From positions 128,001 through 192,000 of the forward strand of contig CBDFFH010000021.1 in NCBI GenBank assembly GCA_965246715.1: DNA of 64,000 nucleotides, in the 5' to 3' direction. This DNA comes from Chamaesiphon sp. (lineage in GTDB: Bacteria > Cyanobacteriota > Cyanobacteriia > Cyanobacteriales > Chamaesiphonaceae). Numbering within the stretch: position 1 is the first letter of the stretch; each line of letters starts with the position of its first letter. Shown here piece by piece: positions 59,223 through 64,000 of the stretch. Below the pieces are notes generated by a model. That model saw nothing but the letters and a program-made list of their open reading frames with translations. It searched no databases and was not told the DNA's origin. The translations under genes were made by a program, and so were the position numbers.

Positions 59223-59718
59223 TTAGAATACAACTACTATATGAACAAGTATACTTCAATAGCTCAAGGATATAAAAAAAGATTTGAAAATATTCTAACT
59301 GGCAAATGGGCTTACAAGTTACAAGAAATACATGGTTTTTCTCAGGAAGAAATCAATACAATCGAGCTTAAGTATCATGCTTCTCTACCGCAAAGTTACA
59401 AAGTATTTTTATCTGAATTTGGAAATATCCCTAAATCTTTTCTACTTGATTTAGACATGGGTGACGAACATCCACTAGAAATGACTGAATTTTTTTATGA
59501 TGCAATAACAATTGCTGAAGGAAGATATATACCGCCGACAAATATACCTCGAAATATGTTTGTTTTTGCTACATATCTTTATGAACACTTTTATTTTTTC
59601 TTTTTAGACGACCCTTCCGACGATCCTATGATATATTTAGCAAATACTTTTCAGGGTGAAGGTCAACCTTTCAAATTTGAAAAAATAGGAGAATCAGTCT
59701 GGGAATTTTTGGAAGAAG

Positions 59719-61206
59719 CAGGGTGAACGCACTTAAATTTCCTACTATTTAAAATCCTCGCAAATCAGTTGCAGATTTGAATTACGAAAAGTATGAAAGC
59801 TTTAATGGTAAACAAGTATAGCCAGTTAATTATGTTATATTTATTGGAAATTCAGATCGCGTCAAATGAAGCTAAAGCCAAGGCATAGTATCGCAGAACA
59901 CTTTGGTGACATAAAAGACATTAGAATTGAACGGGGGAAAAAACACAAACTAATCGATATTATCACGATCTCGATTTGTGCAGTAGTATGTGGAGCAGAT
60001 GGATGGGAAGACATAGAGCTGTATGGCATCACCAGAAAAAAATGGCTGGAGGAATTTCTAGAATTACCGAATGGGATACCATCTCACGATACATTTGCAC
60101 GGGTATTTTCACAAATTAATCCTGAAGAATTCAATAAATCTTTCCTGCATTGGATTAAAGGAATAAGTAAAATAACAGCAGGAGAGATAATCGCATTTGA
60201 TGGAAAACAATCTCGAAATTCAAGAGACGAAAAAAATGGTAAAGGAGTAATTAATACGGTCAGTGCTTGGGCAGCAAGTAATAGATTAGTATTAGGACAA
60301 ACAAAAGTCGAGAGTAAATCAAATGAAATTACTGCATTGCCTGAGTTGATTAATGCCTTAGATCTAGCTGGATGTATAGTGACAATTGATGCAATGGGAT
60401 GTCAGCGAGAAATAGTCAAGAAAATTGTCAAAAAAGAAGCAGATTATGTAATTGCTGTCAAAAAGAATCAACCAAGTTTATATGAAAGGGTAGAACAGCT
60501 ATTCAAACAGGCGATTAAAACTCGTGGTGAAAGTCTGAAAACGCATAGCTTCAGCAGTAGAGAGATGAATAGAGGTAGAGAGGAAACTCGTAATTACCTA
60601 ATGATATCAGACATTGCAACATCAATAGATCCATTGCTAAAATGGCAAAATCTGACTAGTATTTGCATGGTAGAATCAGTTCGAGTTGTCAATGAAAAAA
60701 CCAGCGTAGAAGCTCGTTATTTCATCAGTAGCTTAGAAGATAATGTTGAAAAACTAGCAGAAGCAATCAGAGGTCATTGGTCGATAGAAAATTCACTCCA
60801 TTGGGTACTTGATGTTATTTTCAAAGAAGACATTAGTCGAATTAGAAAAGATAATGCTCCAGCTAATTTTGCTGTTTTAAGACATATAGCAGTTAATATA
60901 ATGAGTCAGAACAAGAGTCGAAAACTAAGTGTTAGGAAGAAGCGATTTCTTGCGAGCCTTGATGAAGAATATTCGCGCGAACTTCTAGAGGCTATTTTAG
61001 CCTAAATTTAACTAACCCCAGAGTATGAATTTGGCTAAATATCTTTAGCCGCACTTTTGCCGGACTAAATTGAGTTAATTTAACCTCGTCTTTGGTTTCG
61101 ATTTTATTGATATTGTCGTAATTGTAGTTAAGCAATCGAATATCATTAATCGCCTATTTTAGTGGCTCTCGATCGAAATAAATCCTGTTTTGATGCGTTC
61201 ACCCTG
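59719..61206 (+). mobile_element. ISAs1-family insertion sequence (1488 bp)
   Basis: Terminal inverted repeats cagggtgaacgca / tgcgttcaccctg. 10-bp target duplication ttggaagaag at 59709-59718 and 61207-61216. Confidence 0.95.
59866..61005 (+). CDS. ISAs1-family transposase
   Basis: GIPSHDTF.RVF, IAFDGK, KSNEITA, VTIDAMGCQ, RGHWSIENSLHW.LDV.F.ED. Confidence 0.95.
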   Translation: MKLKPRHSIAEHFGDIKDIRIERGKKHKLIDIITISICAVVCGADGWEDIELYGITRKKWLEEFLELPNGIPSHDTFARVFSQINPEEFNKSFLHWIKGISKITAGEIIAFDGKQSRNSRDEKNGKGVINTVSAWAASNRLVLGQTKVESKSNEITALPELINALDLAGCIVTIDAMGCQREIVKKIVKKEADYVIAVKKNQPSLYERVEQLFKQAIKTRGESLKTHSFSSREMNRGREETRNYLMISDIATSIDPLLKWQNLTSICMVESVRVVNEKTSVEARYFISSLEDNVEKLAEAIRGHWSIENSLHWVLDVIFKEDISRIRKDNAPANFAVLRHIAVNIMSQNKSRKLSVRKKRFLASLDEEYSRELLEAILA

Positions 61207-61312
61207 TTGGAAGAAGGAATTGAAAAATATGAAATTGGTAAAAAAGAAGGTAGATATTTTATTGATAATTGAATGAGAAATAGTGTGGGCAAATGTCAAC
61301 GATAGTAAAGAT

Positions 61313-61333
61313 GTAGGGTGGGCATTGTCCACC
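61313..61333 (+). repeat. GTAG-type REP
   Basis: gtagggtgggcattgtccacc, same family as the REPs at 58601-58870. Confidence 0.8.
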
Positions 61334-61581
61334 ACTTCAAATCGAGACGGAGTAACGACTTTGGCTTGTTCTGTCGCTCGAAAATTTGAAATACTCGGTC
61401 GCTGTTGATTCGATCGATCGAATATGAATGATGTTCGATCGCTTAGGTATTTTCTAATTGCGATCGGAGGGATTGTAATTGTTCGATAGATAGAGTGTTT
61501 GCTATCAATCGTGATTTGGGAGACTCGATCGTGGTTATCGATTGCGTGGATATTCGATCGGAGTTATTTCAAAGCGAGCGG

Positions 61582-62412
61582 TTAATTATCTTGTAACTGC
61601 GATCGCAGAGCTTGTAATTGCTCGATGTTTAATTCAGTCAGCTCAGCAATTGTTTCTAGAGGCATATTTTTACGCAGCATTCTCAAGGCAATCTCTTTTC
61701 GATCCTCCTGCTTGGCAGCTTGGATTTGTTCCAAATACAAAGGTGATAACTGCATAATTAAATCCCGATCCTCCGGTTGAATATTTTCTTGACTCTCTAA
61801 CGTCACCTTCAAGTTACTCAGTAACTCTAGCGTATTCTGACGATAAGGATGTCCCTGGGGCAGTTCAGTTACTTCCTCGATCGCTCGCCTTTGCACCCCA
61901 TCCCTACCTAATATTCTAAACCACCTTGTTTCTGGTGTCCTTGGTAAACGATGAATCACAATAATCCCTGTCTTCTGTGCCGATGGGAGCAAATACACAC
62001 CCTCACCGCGTTCGGCATCTAAATTAGCCCCCAGACTCATTAAAATATTATCCGATAGAGTTGGAGTCAGAATCCACAGCATGGGTAAATCATCATCCTT
62101 GGGTTCTGGTTGCTTCTTGCGCTTTGCCTCACGATAGAGCTTGGCATGTAAATCGTAGAGCTTAGACATACAAGCACGAATATCGGGCACAGACACCGAA
62201 TTCCGAAATGGCTCGAAGACAACTAGCGAAATGACACATCGAGCTAGCAAACCTAAATCTGTGCGGTCGAGATTGTTACTCGACGGGATGAAATAGACAT
62301 CAATTTCCCTAACTTCAGCAGCAATTTTATAAGCTGGCTCGACCTTACCAAAAGGTGAAAGCAAGGCTTCTAAAAAACCCTTGGTAAATTCATCATAAGG
62401 GAAGATCGTCAT
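61582..62412 (-). CDS. Cyanobacterial PD-(D/E)XK-like / Rpn-like protein with C-terminal helical module
   Basis: REIDVYF...VVFEPFRN...LWILTPT; C-terminal EIALRML....PLETIAELT.L.IEQLQ.L resembles Rpn C-termini. The ORF extends to 62427. Confidence 0.6.
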   Translation of the reverse strand: MTIFPYDEFTKGFLEALLSPFGKVEPAYKIAAEVREIDVYFIPSSNNLDRTDLGLLARCVISLVVFEPFRNSVSVPDIRACMSKLYDLHAKLYREAKRKKQPEPKDDDLPMLWILTPTLSDNILMSLGANLDAERGEGVYLLPSAQKTGIIVIHRLPRTPETRWFRILGRDGVQRRAIEEVTELPQGHPYRQNTLELLSNLKVTLESQENIQPEDRDLIMQLSPLYLEQIQAAKQEDRKEIALRMLRKNMPLETIAELTELNIEQLQALRSQLQDN

Positions 62413-62488
62413 GTACAGCAATCCCAAAATATTCTAACAGTATTGCATATTCGTCAGCAATTATCCTCGATCGTACAATAACTCTTAA

Positions 62489-64000
62489 CCCATTCGTGAC
62501 AAGTTAAAAAGCCGCTCATCTATATTACCCGACACAAAGATCGATCGCATCACCAAACAAACTACAGCCGATGGCGGTACGACTGAATATAAATATAACG
62601 ATATTCGAGACTTAGAATCAGTTACTGTCAAATCGAGCGGCGATCCAGTCGGACGGATCGTTGGCTACAAATATTATGCCGATCGACAAATCAAAGATGT
62701 TGTCACCGAGGTATTATTAATTGGCTCCAATATCTCTTCATTAACTACACCTTTATCAACAACCACTCACTACGAATACAGTCCACCAACTCCCGCACCG
62801 ACAGCACCCAACCCGACACCAACAATTACCACCACCGTTACAGGTGGCGGACAAACGCGAGTAACGATCGATAAATATGACAGATATCAACGCTTGCTCG
62901 AATCGACAAATCCCATCGGTGTAAGAACTACCAATAAATACTTTGAAGACGGCCAAATTAAATCGAGTAGCGTTCGAGGTTTCGATAGCTCCAATACATT
63001 AGTAACCTACGAAACCAAATCCAAATATGATGAATTGGGTCGGAAAAATCAAGTCATCGATGCGCTCGGTCATAGTACCCTCATGGACTACGACCTAGTT
63101 GGTAATGTCATGTCGATGACCGATGCTAACGGTCATATTACTAGCAATATCTACGATAATTTAAATCGTAAAACTCAGACAACAACCTCAGTTACTACTT
63201 ACGATCTTGCCACCGATACACCGATTGTTAGCAACCTCACCACCAGATATACATACGATAAAAATAGCAATGTTATCTCAATTGAAGATCCACTCGGTCG
63301 CATTACTGAGAATACGTATGACGCACTAAATCGCCAGACTAAAACGATTAGCAATGCTCTGGGGAGTGGTAATGAAATTGCTACAACCAAATATAGTTAC
63401 GATGGTGTCGGCAACCTCATCACCACGATTGATGCCAATAATCACCCGACATATTATGAATACGATGCAGTAAATCGGCAGAACAAAGTCACCGATGCAC
63501 TCGGTAAAGTCACCAGTCAAAAAACTTATGATGCTTTCGGACGGGTGATTAGTAGCACCAATACTTATGGCGAAACTACCACTACTACATACAACGATCA
63601 GTACCACACTTCAACCACTACCAACTCCCTCGGTACCAGCACTCAACAGACCGACGCTTATGGAAATATCTTCTCGACTACCGATGCGTTGGGACGGACG
63701 AATACTTATCTCTATGACTCGTTAAATCGGCGCATCCAATCGACAGATTATCGGGGTGGTGTAGTTATCGATGCTTATGATAGTTTTAATAATCTTGCCT
63801 TACACCGCGATGCTAGTCTCAATCTCATTGAATATAAATACGACGCACTCAATCGCCGTACTAATATCAAAGACAGCATCGGACAAATCTCGCGAATTGT
63901 CTACGATAACGTTGGCAATAAGATCGATGAATATCTGACTGTCGATACCGGAGTCGAACGCCACAACGAATATAAATCCGATCGATTAAACCGTCAATAC
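62489..64000 (+). CDS. RHS/YD-repeat protein; no 5' start, runs off the window (absent from the ORF track)
   Basis: Frame is stop-free from 62489 to 64000 with many YD repeats (YDELGRKNQVIDALG, YDLVGNVMSMTDANG, YDKNSNVISIEDPLG, YDALNRQ, YDGVGNL, YDAVNRQ, YDSLNR). Confidence 0.9.

Larger units (their letters stand above)
59241..61272 (+). pseudogene. SMI1/KNR4 (SUKH) immunity protein, 3' end split by ISAs1
   Basis: GFSQEEINTIE.KY..SLPQSYKVFL motif. Removing the IS restores WEFLEEGIEKYEIGKKEGRYFIDN* ending at 61272 (177 aa); the current ORF ends at 59726. Confidence 0.85.

Overview
Cyanobacterial chromosomal DNA. CGATCG/GCGATCGC (HIP1) is very abundant, heptamer tandem repeats are common, and the cph, hli, cyanoexosortase and hmp/pil genes are present; the extreme CGATCG density would fit Chamaesiphon, which I cannot confirm. 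In order, the window holds: the end of a chemosensory operon; tkt; a transglutaminase-like gene; argZ separated from cphB-cphA only by an IS4-disrupted NYN pseudogene; TauD/cupin/LysR genes; a complete Nit1C nitrilase cluster with NtcA-type promoters; rtcB with a 245-aa intein carrying a decayed HNH motif; a PEP-CTERM metalloprotease near a cyanoexosortase A locus; a decaying general-stress patch; a pil/hmp chemosensory cluster with no patA-type gene; and a conflict region (nonsense-mutated RAYT, REP arrays, orphan deaminase-like toxin tip plus SMI1/KNR4 immunity gene hit by ISAs1, an Rpn-like gene, and a 5'-truncated RHS/YD gene running off the window). The most striking unexplained signal is in the Nit1C cluster. 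Two ~190-bp inverted copies of a GC-rich hairpin repeat flank nitC, and nearby coding DNA shows mirror-image strand asymmetry: 99 of the last 102 nitB codons end in G/T, 96 of the first 100 nitD codons end in A/C, and the bias flips inside nitC. This suggests a repeat-anchored, strand-specific mutational process. All family calls come from motif recognition by eye; no database searches were run.
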